Shown in pieces: positions 56,189-64,000 of a stretch of DNA of 64,000 nucleotides (positions are counted from its first letter, which is position 1; every line of letters starts with the position of its first letter). The notes beneath the pieces are model-generated. The model saw only the letters and a program-made list of their open reading frames with translations. It was not told the DNA's origin and searched no databases. Source of the stretch: an uncultured bacterium (GTDB lineage Bacteria > Patescibacteriota > Patescibacteriia > UBA9570 > XYC2-FULL-38-9); assembly GCA_937996685.1 (NCBI GenBank), contig CALKUP010000015.1, positions 7,900 to 71,899 on the forward strand, written 5' to 3'. Position numbers and translations under genes: made by a program.

Positions 56189-58220
56189 CGAAAAACCGCA
56201 TGCGCACCATGGCGCGGCACAGCATACACACGAGCATCATGAAACCGCTCATGCGCAACATGATACACCGGAAGTAACGACACATCATCACACGTCAACA
56301 CAAAAAAAACATCATACACTCAAACGAATTACCATTGTTTTCGCTGTTGTTCTTTTTGCACTACTCCTTGCAGCTGGAGCACTCGCAGCAACCATTCTTG
56401 GCGTCTACAAAGACACTGTTCTCCCCCGCACAGCCCTTGGCTCAATTGATCTTTCTGGAAAAACACTCGACGGCGCAACAGAAACCTTTACCGCTTCAGC
56501 TGATCTTATTGAACAACAAGGACTCAGCTTGCGCGTCAACGACGATCAAATCACAATCCCCGGCACCATTACCGCGGAAGATGCCGGCGGCACAGACTTG
56601 GTATTATTTGATATTGATGCCCAAAAATCAGTAGAAGAACTATTCGCTATTGGACACACCGGCTCTCCATGGGAAAGACTACAATCCGGCGTTTTACATA
56701 TTCTCTTCCCACAACATACACCAATTCATATCACCGTTGATCGAGAACAAATCACGGCTTTTCTTGATTCAGCGCTCGCAAAATATGAAGTTGCCCCAGA
56801 AAATGCAACGATTGCTATTGAGGACGGAAAAAACCTCAACATTACTCCGGAGAAAAACGGCAAAACAATCAACCGCACAACCATTATTGATCAAATCACT
56901 GATCGCCTGTACGAACTGAACCAAGACCAAATTGATGTCACCATTGAAACCGCCGTTCCTGCGCTCACTGCAAAAGATATTCAAACTCATGAAGCTGACA
57001 TTCTTGGACTCTTGCAACACACTCCGCTGCAATTGACCTATGAAGACAAAACATGGGACTTCGATGCGTCGAGTGTTGGCAGCTGGCTTATGTACACAAA
57101 AGACGGCGCATCAATAAACACTGACGCACTACGCAAAAGTCTTGATGACAAAAAACTGGATATTGAAGTTGCGCCAAAAGAAGGTAAATGGAAAGTTGAA
57201 GCCACTGACAACAAGGTCACTGCCATCACTCCGTTATCAGATGCTGTGGTTGGAAAAAAGATCGACACTGACGCGCTTGCAACAAAAATTATTCCTGCGC
57301 TAGAAAATGCAACAGACGACACTCCACGCATTGCACTCTCCCTCATTGAAGAACAACCAAAATTTGGGAACACTGACGCAAAGGAATTGCCTGTGAAAGA
57401 ATTACTCGGGACCGGACATTCAAATATGACTGGCAGCCCATATAATCGCCAACTGAATATTCGTCGCGGTGCTGATTTATTAAATGGTCTTGTCATCGCT
57501 CAAGGTGAAGAATTTTCACTCCTTGAAGCACTGAAACCGTTTAGCGAAGGCAATGGGTATCACGCTGAACTCGTCATTAAAGGGAATGAAACATTGCCGG
57601 AAATTGGCGGCGGGCTGTGCCAAGTCGGGACAACGACTTTCCGTGCTGCAATGAACGCCGGGCTTGATATCACACGACGTCAAAACCATAGCTATGCTGT
57701 CTCCTATTATTCAGATGACCGCAACGGCTTGCCTGGAACAGACGCAACGATTTATGACCCAGCTCCCGACTTTCGGTTTATCAATGACACATCGGGACCC
57801 ATTATTATTCAAACACGCATTGAAGGCACACACTTATACTTTGATTTCTGGGGCAATTCGGATGGTCGCAAAGGCGAATTTTCTGCACCGACAATTTCCG
57901 GCTGGATTCAACCACCGCCAGTCAAAGAAGTAGAAACTGACACGCTCCCAGAAGGCGGTCGGAAATGTACAGAAACTGCACATCCTGGAACAACAGCCTC
58001 TTTCAAATACACTGTCACAAAAGCTGACGGAACAACCCACGAAGAAACATTCACCTCTGTCTATAAACCATGGCAAGCTGTCTGTCTCGTCGGCAAGAAA
58101 AAAGCAGCACCAGCGCCAGCTGCTCCTGCCAAAACTGAAACAAAGAAAGACACGAAAAAGGATACGAAGAAGACTGACAAAAAAACCAATTCAAATTCAA
58201 GCACGAGTACAAAACAATAA
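56181..58220 (+). CDS. VanW-family protein (His-rich N-terminus, TM anchor, VanW domain, Lys-rich tail)
   Basis: LPEIGGGLCQVGTTTFRAAMNAGL is the VanW core motif. Confidence 0.75.
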   Translation: MNNEKPHAHHGAAQHTHEHHETAHAQHDTPEVTTHHHTSTQKKHHTLKRITIVFAVVLFALLLAAGALAATILGVYKDTVLPRTALGSIDLSGKTLDGATETFTASADLIEQQGLSLRVNDDQITIPGTITAEDAGGTDLVLFDIDAQKSVEELFAIGHTGSPWERLQSGVLHILFPQHTPIHITVDREQITAFLDSALAKYEVAPENATIAIEDGKNLNITPEKNGKTINRTTIIDQITDRLYELNQDQIDVTIETAVPALTAKDIQTHEADILGLLQHTPLQLTYEDKTWDFDASSVGSWLMYTKDGASINTDALRKSLDDKKLDIEVAPKEGKWKVEATDNKVTAITPLSDAVVGKKIDTDALATKIIPALENATDDTPRIALSLIEEQPKFGNTDAKELPVKELLGTGHSNMTGSPYNRQLNIRRGADLLNGLVIAQGEEFSLLEALKPFSEGNGYHAELVIKGNETLPEIGGGLCQVGTTTFRAAMNAGLDITRRQNHSYAVSYYSDDRNGLPGTDATIYDPAPDFRFINDTSGPIIIQTRIEGTHLYFDFWGNSDGRKGEFSAPTISGWIQPPPVKEVETDTLPEGGRKCTETAHPGTTASFKYTVTKADGTTHEETFTSVYKPWQAVCLVGKKKAAPAPAAPAKTETKKDTKKDTKKTDKKTNSNSSTSTKQ

Positions 58221-58283
58221 TAAAAAAGCTCCGATATATTCGGAGCTTTTTCTTGTGCGAGTCTCTTGTCTGTCAAACAAACG

Positions 58284-58985
58284 CTAATCAATAGCGAGTG
58301 ATCGCAATACTTTTGCTGACATGCCGTTACTCACGGCGTTCAACTGTGTGTTGAATTTTTTGTCCACTCGAACTGGATTTTCACCGTCTTCAATATTTGT
58401 TGGAACATAGTACATTTTTCCATGATCATCGCTCACGAGAACAAAATATCCTTTATAGGCTTGCTGAATTGCTTTTGCTACTGCCACTTCTTGCTTAGAT
58501 CCACCGCGACCAAACAACTGCACAAATTGTGCTTTCGTAATCATCCTCACTCCAGAGTTGCGTCCACGTGCCATTGCAAGCGCTGTTGCATCAGGACGTT
58601 TCGTTGATACTTTTTTCGCGAACCCTTCGTTCACGTAATAATAAGATTTCCCTACTTTGTACATGCCTTGTGTATACGTTTTACGCAATAGCCCAAACCC
58701 ATCACCAGTATTGACCGCATATAATTCACCACGTGAGTGCACTCGCATGACAATACTATTTTCATAGCGAGCAATAATTGGATCGCAGAACGCACCATTT
58801 GACACCTTCACCGCATTTTTTGGCGCATGATCATGATAACAATGCGCGGATTTCAATTCCGTGTATGTTTTTTCTGAAATCGCCACAGTGTTTACTGGTG
58901 GTGTAATTGTTGACGCAGACGCTGTAACAGGAAGAATCATTCCAACTGTCAGCCCTGTAAAAAGGATCGTTTTTGTAAAACGCAT
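58284..58985 (-). CDS. secreted hypothetical protein
   Basis: Signal peptide MRFTKTILFTGLTVGMILPVTASA. No recognised domain. Confidence 0.55.
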   Translation of the reverse strand: MRFTKTILFTGLTVGMILPVTASASTITPPVNTVAISEKTYTELKSAHCYHDHAPKNAVKVSNGAFCDPIIARYENSIVMRVHSRGELYAVNTGDGFGLLRKTYTQGMYKVGKSYYYVNEGFAKKVSTKRPDATALAMARGRNSGVRMITKAQFVQLFGRGGSKQEVAVAKAIQQAYKGYFVLVSDDHGKMYYVPTNIEDGENPVRVDKKFNTQLNAVSNGMSAKVLRSLAID

Positions 58986-59065
58986 ACTATACTGTTTTGA
59001 TGAATAAAATATGTACAGCTCTTGTACATCAGTGTAAACGACAAAACAGGGAAAATGTTACACCG

Positions 59066-60430
59066 TTATTGAACAGCCGGTGGATAGGCATCATACATCA
59101 ATAATTGACCGGTTTTTGTACCATCGATGAGCATATCAAATCCAATTGATTTTCCAGCAATTTCGCCAATCATGCGATAAACTGGCTTCAAATACACTCC
59201 TTCGCTTGATTGTGTTTTTTCGGTCAGCATTTCATATTCCAAGTGAAAACCAGTTGGCGCAAACGTTGCCGGTTGTCCAAAGCCTACTGCTCCGCCTGTA
59301 AATGGCTCTGCAAACAAGAATCGTTTTGGATACACACCTAATCCAGAATTTTCTCCAAACGCACCTTTTTTCCATTCAGCTAAAAACTGATTGTATGCAT
59401 CGTTTGCTGAGAGCATCTCAACATCTTTCACCGCATCTCCTTTTTGAATCATTGTTCCAACTAATACTCGCAACCGACCATCAATCACAACCGCAGACCA
59501 ACTACGCTGTTTGCTGACAATACCATCAATTGTATAGTCTGGTGGGTACAGCAGATATTGCGCGCCTCCAACAACACCCGCAGGCGGCGCTGCAACAGCA
59601 CTCTGAATTTGTTCCGCTGTTGTTGCGTATAATTTCGCGAGCAACTCTTTCGCCTCTTGTTCTCCGTTTGCTGCTGCAACATCCGCTGTTTGCGAAAACC
59701 GAACAAAACCACTTGGTGATAACACGATACATTTTTGTGTCGGGGAATTTTCTGAGAACGCACACGCCAATGGATCTGCGCCAGTTTTTTGAATCGGGGC
59801 GTTGACGAATACCTCATTTGAAAATGGATCAACTACTACTCCAAATAACTGCTCTGTAATTCTAAACATTGCCGCACGATCTTTCAGCTCAGCGTCTGTT
59901 GCCGTGCGTACAGTAAACACTGTAGCAGCACGCGCATCTTGCGCATCTTGCGCTTCTGGCGTGAAGGCCGCAAACGCCCATTTCGCTGTATTCATTTCCA
60001 GCGCACCGCCGCGTGCAATTGTTGCATCTTGATACGCACTGTAATCATATTCCCGTTTTCGTGGCAATGCAGATTGCGCAATCACTGGAGCTGTCACCGT
60101 CTCATTTACTGGGATATTTGCATTGTTTGTATTCACAGCATCATTTGATGGGGTATTCACTTGTTGTGCGATTTCAGATGTCGGCGTCGCACGAGACAAG
60201 ATAACACCGAATCCAATAACAACAATTGCCGCGGCTCCAAGCGGGATAAAAACCATGCGCTGTTGAAACAATGATACAAACTTCTCCCATTGAGACGAGA
60301 CTTTCGACTCTTGCGGCTTCTCCACCTGCGTTGCCAAAATGGATTCCAACATCGCCGCCTTCTTCTGTGGGGTTAAACGCTCTGATCGACGAGCACTACT
60401 CTTTAATTGTTCTTCAATATTATATTTCAT
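59066..60430 (-). CDS. putative membrane-anchored anti-sigma factor with a large extracytoplasmic domain
   Basis: Starts just before the end of the ECF sigma gene (MKYNIEEQL...). Short cytoplasmic N-terminus, one TM (MVFIPLGAAAIVVIGFGVIL), ~380-aa external domain. The track start 60484 was rejected. Confidence 0.5.
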   Translation of the reverse strand: MKYNIEEQLKSSARRSERLTPQKKAAMLESILATQVEKPQESKVSSQWEKFVSLFQQRMVFIPLGAAAIVVIGFGVILSRATPTSEIAQQVNTPSNDAVNTNNANIPVNETVTAPVIAQSALPRKREYDYSAYQDATIARGGALEMNTAKWAFAAFTPEAQDAQDARAATVFTVRTATDAELKDRAAMFRITEQLFGVVVDPFSNEVFVNAPIQKTGADPLACAFSENSPTQKCIVLSPSGFVRFSQTADVAAANGEQEAKELLAKLYATTAEQIQSAVAAPPAGVVGGAQYLLYPPDYTIDGIVSKQRSWSAVVIDGRLRVLVGTMIQKGDAVKDVEMLSANDAYNQFLAEWKKGAFGENSGLGVYPKRFLFAEPFTGGAVGFGQPATFAPTGFHLEYEMLTEKTQSSEGVYLKPVYRMIGEIAGKSIGFDMLIDGTKTGQLLMYDAYPPAVQ

Positions 60431-60947
60431 ACTCTTTTTGTAATCGATCAATTGCACGAGACACTGCAGTTCGAATCGCGCCACTCTTCTTTCCTAGAAT
60501 ATGACCAATTTCTTCGAACGACAAATCTTCAATATACCGCAGCTCGAGCATTTCTTGCACTGACTTTGGCAAGACTCCAATTTTCTTCCAAAGCAATTGA
60601 ATATCCATCTGCGTCATAACCGTATCACTGCGGTCATCTTGTAATTCAAGTGCGTCAACATCAACGACGATTGCGTGCTTACGATAATAATCAACACACA
60701 ATGAACGAGCAACTTGATACAAGTACGCCGAATATGGATACCCTTGCCACGAGAAACGCGACAATTGAGTAAATGCTCGCGTGAATAATTCGGCCGTCAT
60801 ATCTTCTGCCGTTTCAGGATTTTGACCTGTCCGAAAATACAAAAATTGATACATTCTATCAATGTATTTTTCATACAACACAGCAAAGGCCTGCGGGTCT
60901 TGCTGGGCCGCGAGAATCAATTGTTGATCTTCGTGAGCTTCATTCAT
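60420..60947 (-). CDS. ECF-subfamily RNA polymerase sigma-70 factor
   Basis: Sigma-2 region (FAVLYEKYIDRMYQFLYFRTG) and sigma-4 (ELRYIEDLSFEEIGHILGKKSGAIRTAVSRAIDRL). Confidence 0.85.
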   Translation of the reverse strand: MNEAHEDQQLILAAQQDPQAFAVLYEKYIDRMYQFLYFRTGQNPETAEDMTAELFTRAFTQLSRFSWQGYPYSAYLYQVARSLCVDYYRKHAIVVDVDALELQDDRSDTVMTQMDIQLLWKKIGVLPKSVQEMLELRYIEDLSFEEIGHILGKKSGAIRTAVSRAIDRLQKEYEI

Positions 60948-61011
60948 ACGATGGCTTGCACTATCCTAAACGCAGTATACAAGAAAATGTTACAGCCACC
61001 TATCAGCCAAA

Positions 61012-61224
61012 ACAAAAACACTCCCGAAAAGGAGTGCTTTTTTTGATCAACACAATTCAGTAGGCAAGAGAATATCAAATTGGACGATTCGAGCCGTAGC
61101 CTGAGTTCTCCAACAGTGAGGTTCCCATGCTTGTCGTGCCTACTGGATTGTAGTGACCAAGCGTGTGTACATTCTGTGAAATGAGCTGTCTCAATCGCTG
61201 TCTGACTGGTGTGTCATACTGCGA
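61012..61224 (-). ncRNA. candidate ~200-nt non-coding RNA (6S-like or novel sRNA) with its own promoter and terminator
   Basis: Minus-strand TTGACA (61254-61259) -17 nt- TATAGT (61231-61236). No ORF over 17 codons. The transcript ends at the GGAGTG/CACTCC hairpin plus U-run (61019-61045). Internal 13-bp long-range stem CAATCCAGTAGGCA / TGCCTACTGAATTG. Confidence 0.4.
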
Positions 61225-61359
61225 CCCAGAACTATATGCCAAACAACGAGATTTGTCAAGGAGTGCTTTACGGCATTCTGTGTATAATCCTAATTTTTGG
61301 CTATTTTTAGCAAAATATTAGACAGCTTGTTATCCCCATGCTATACTATTCCCATATTT

Positions 61360-62406
61360 ATGGCTATTGACCTCATACCTCTACCGATCACTGAACCTGT
61401 AGAGCAACCAGAAGATACTTCCATTGAACAGACCTTGCGCCCTCAAGAGTTAGACTCTTATATTGGCCAAGAAACCGTCAAACAGAACCTCCAGATCATG
61501 ATGAGCGCCGCAAAAAAACGCGGACAACCACTTGATCACATTTTGCTTCATGGCAGTCCTGGGCTCGGGAAAACAACCCTGGCGCATATTATTGCACACG
61601 AGATGGGCGTTGGGATTCGCGTCACTTCCGGCCCTGCCATTGAACGCGCTGGCGATGTCGCGGCTATTTTAAGCGCACTACAACCAAATGATATCTTGTT
61701 TATTGATGAAATTCATCGCCTGCACAAAGTTGCGGAAGAAATCTTATATCCAGCAATGGAAGATTACGCACTTGATGTTGTGACCGGTAAAGGCCTGGCA
61801 GCTCGGACACTGCGCATTGATTTACCACGCTTTACAATTATCGGCGCGACCACTCGCATGTCGTTAATTTCCGCTCCCTTGCGTGATCGATTTGGCGTCC
61901 ATTATAAATTGGAGTTTTATTCAACCGCGGAAATGGAGACGATTATTCGTCGCACCAGCGATATCCTCGGCATCACCATTGATACAGAAACGGCACATGT
62001 CATTGCAACCCGTAGCCGAAAAACGCCACGCATTGCCAATCGGTTAATGAAACGCGTCCGGGATTACGCGGAAGTGCATAATAATGGCGTGATTACACCT
62101 GAAACAGCTGTTGCAGCCTTAGAGCTACTCCATATCGACGCGCTTGGACTGGATGACGTTGATCGCAAAATCCTTGAAACGATTATCACGCATTATCAAG
62201 GCGGCCCTGTTGGCCTTGGCACACTCGCCTCTGCCACCGCAGAAGAACAAGAAACCATCGAAGAGGTCCACGAACCATATCTCTTGCAAATCGGCATGCT
62301 CTCTCGCACACCGCGCGGTCGCATGGCAACAGCGCAGGCATGGAAACACCTTGGACTCACGCCTCCCGCAGATAACGCGCAACAAGGAAGCTTGCTCGCC
62401 GAATAA
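61360..62406 (+). CDS. ruvB: Holliday junction branch-migration ATPase RuvB
   Basis: [11 protein letters not shown]...[19 protein letters not shown]...[11 protein letters not shown] and a C-terminal winged helix. Start moved to the ATG at 61360 (track 61297). Confidence 0.9.
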   Translation: MAIDLIPLPITEPVEQPEDTSIEQTLRPQELDSYIGQETVKQNLQIMMSAAKKRGQPLDHILLHGSPGLGKTTLAHIIAHEMGVGIRVTSGPAIERAGDVAAILSALQPNDILFIDEIHRLHKVAEEILYPAMEDYALDVVTGKGLAARTLRIDLPRFTIIGATTRMSLISAPLRDRFGVHYKLEFYSTAEMETIIRRTSDILGITIDTETAHVIATRSRKTPRIANRLMKRVRDYAEVHNNGVITPETAVAALELLHIDALGLDDVDRKILETIITHYQGGPVGLGTLASATAEEQETIEEVHEPYLLQIGMLSRTPRGRMATAQAWKHLGLTPPADNAQQGSLLAE

Positions 62407-62445
62407 ACCGTTGAGTCAGGCGCAGTGTAGTGGTATACTATTTTT

Positions 62446-62727
62446 ATGCAAGTCCCATTTTGGATATTATTAATCCCCTATATTTTTGGGATTATCGCCT
62501 TCACATTTTGGATGATTATCAATGTGTATCATCTCATTAAATTTGGTTTTTTTGATTTCACCGGGAAAATCACACTCCTTATTTTCGGCGCTCTCGCATT
62601 GATTGTCGTTGGTTTTTCCATCCTCTTTTTATGGAACACGCCATGGACCAGTACATTTAATATCTGGGATATCCCGAGCGCGCTGATTCCATTGCCGCAA
62701 AAATACAACCCAACATTGATTCAATAG
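62446..62727 (+). CDS. small 2-3 TM membrane protein, hypothetical
   Basis: 93-aa hydrophobic ORF. Confidence 0.5.
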   Translation: MQVPFWILLIPYIFGIIAFTFWMIINVYHLIKFGFFDFTGKITLLIFGALALIVVGFSILFLWNTPWTSTFNIWDIPSALIPLPQKYNPTLIQ

Positions 62728-62730
62728 CAT

Positions 62731-63474
62731 ATGCCTGGACTTGTACAACACACACCATCCCGCTTCAGTGAACACGAAGAACTCCGCTTTCCAACCCAGC
62801 GTCCGAATGAACACGTCGTTTTGTTATTGCGCCGTCATTGGACGATTATCGCAAAAGACGTCATTCAACTCGTTCTCGCTCTCTGTTTTTTACCGATTTT
62901 ACTTGCTGTCTTATTACTCTACTCAGACTTCACACTCTTTCCTGGAACTCTCAGCTTCGTGATTACAATTGAAGTCTTGAGTTTATATATTATCTTTGCG
63001 TTTTTATTTTATTTTGATTCATTTGTTGATTATCATTTAGATATTTGGGTTGTGACTGACGGCCGGATTGTCAGCATTGAACAAAACGGAGTATTTCGTC
63101 GCATTGTTTCAGAGCTCAATATTTTGCAAATGCAAGATGTGACATCTGAAGTAAACGGTTGGTTGCAAACCTTTCTGGATTTTGGACAAGTCTACATTCA
63201 AACTGCTGGTGAAAAACAACGCTTTGTTTTTGAAGAAGTCGCTCATCCATCCGAAGTTGCGAAAGTCATTCTACAAGTCCATGATCGAGCGGTAAAAATG
63301 CGTGACATCGCACAAGCGCGTGATCAATTGGCCTATGAGCAGGTTTACGAACAAGCTCAAACACAAACGCAAGTCCCAACGGCCGTTCCCCCGATGAACG
63401 TTGCGGAACACCAAAAAACAGTTGAACACCGCTCACGTTTACACATGCTGATGCACGATAACGATGCTGAATAA
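62731..63474 (+). CDS. bacterial PH-domain (YdbS/YdbT-like, DUF304) membrane protein
   Basis: Two TM helices followed by a bPH_2-like domain (IWVVTDGRIVSIEQNG...GQVYIQTAG). Confidence 0.55.
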   Translation: MPGLVQHTPSRFSEHEELRFPTQRPNEHVVLLLRRHWTIIAKDVIQLVLALCFLPILLAVLLLYSDFTLFPGTLSFVITIEVLSLYIIFAFLFYFDSFVDYHLDIWVVTDGRIVSIEQNGVFRRIVSELNILQMQDVTSEVNGWLQTFLDFGQVYIQTAGEKQRFVFEEVAHPSEVAKVILQVHDRAVKMRDIAQARDQLAYEQVYEQAQTQTQVPTAVPPMNVAEHQKTVEHRSRLHMLMHDNDAE

Positions 63475-64000
63475 CGATACCTTCCCCATTCAATTTACAC
63501 TCCCTGACGAGTTGATTGCACAGGCACCCGTTTCTGGAACACGGGACCAATCTCGCCTACTGGTTGTTGAGCGCAATACGAAACGACTTGAGCACACACA
63601 GTTTTTTGATATCACACGTCACCTCAAAGCCGGTGATTTGTTGGTTGTGAATAATTCAAAAGTTATTCCAGCTCGGCTATTTGGCCAAAAAACAACCGGC
63701 GGGCATGTGGAAGTGTTTTTACTCAGACCACTAGCTGGAGCAACCCAATCTGACACCCAGGAAACCTGGGAAGCAATGATTCGTTTTCGGGGTGCTAAAG
63801 CTGGAATGTCTTGCTCAATTTTGGACGCGACAAACAACCCAGTTGATGGCGCAGGCGTCACACTGCTTGAAAAAATATCAGAAAAAACCTGGTCTGTTGA
63901 AATTCACAGCAGCGCAGGCAGCAGCGTTCGCGACCTCATTGAACAGTGTGGGCACATGCCAATTCCGCCGTATATTGATCGCTCGGGCATGTCAGAACAA
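63464..64000 (+). CDS. queA: S-adenosylmethionine:tRNA ribosyltransferase-isomerase QueA (N-terminal part; continues beyond the window)
   Basis: Manual translation gives MLNNDTFPIQFTLPDELIAQAPVSGTRDQSRLLVVER...GDLLVVNNSKVIPARLFG...GHVEVFLL. Absent from the track because it is edge-truncated. Overlaps the previous gene by 11 nt. Confidence 0.8.
   Translation, partial: MLNNDTFPIQFTLPDELIAQAPVSGTRDQSRLLVVERNTKRLEHTQFFDITRHLKAGDLLVVNNSKVIPARLFGQKTTGGHVEVFLLRPLAGATQSDTQETWEAMIRFRGAKAGMSCSILDATNNPVDGAGVTLLEKISEKTWSVEIHSSAGSSVRDLIEQCGHMPIPPYIDRSGMSEQ

Noticed and set aside
1-64000. CRISPR arrays, rRNA, integrase, transposase or other mobile-element genes
   Set aside because: I scanned for regularly spaced direct repeats and for recombinase or transposase motifs and found none. 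The only repeats are the tRNA 3'-end duplications, the cassette duplication and the protein-coding repeat arrays.

Overview
This 64-kb window is a moderately AT-rich bacterial chromosome segment. Native genes mostly lack Shine-Dalgarno (SD) sequences and cell-envelope proteins use TM anchors rather than lipoboxes, so I tentatively read it as a Gram-positive-like or Patescibacteria/CPR-like genome. TGA is a stop codon. Housekeeping genes: partial CCA-adding enzyme, valS, ruvB, partial queA, yidC, a pilB/gspE ATPase, FKBP, Hsp20, DsbA, a CDP-alcohol phosphatidyltransferase, a class II photolyase, and four tRNAs (Arg-TCT, His-GTG, Met-CAT, Glu-TTC). Regulatory units: an OmpR-type two-component system with a CpxP/Spy/ZraP-like gene downstream, a zur-znuA-yibEF cluster, an ECF sigma with a putative anti-sigma, and two TrmB-like regulators. 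Two giant secreted proteins (1064 aa beta-helix; 2135 aa with about 40 ELWxxDGT-type repeats) share a ~170-aa C-terminal module, and a third secreted protein carries Cys-pair beta-propeller-like repeats. Most notable for follow-up: (i) a duplicated cassette encoding a small glycine-rich two-TM protein in which the promoter, a hairpin-containing 5' leader and a 3' element are far more conserved than the coding sequence, suggesting a cis-regulatory RNA; (ii) an orphan ~200-nt transcription unit with a consensus sigma70 promoter and intrinsic terminator but no ORF, between the ECF sigma and ruvB (6S-like or novel sRNA); (iii) direct repeats of tRNA-His and tRNA-Glu 3' ends, att-like scars marking a decayed ~2.7-kb AT-rich islet; (iv) six GC-rich insertions (55-65% GC), several with canonical SD sequences. 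No CRISPR array, rRNA, integrase or transposase was seen.
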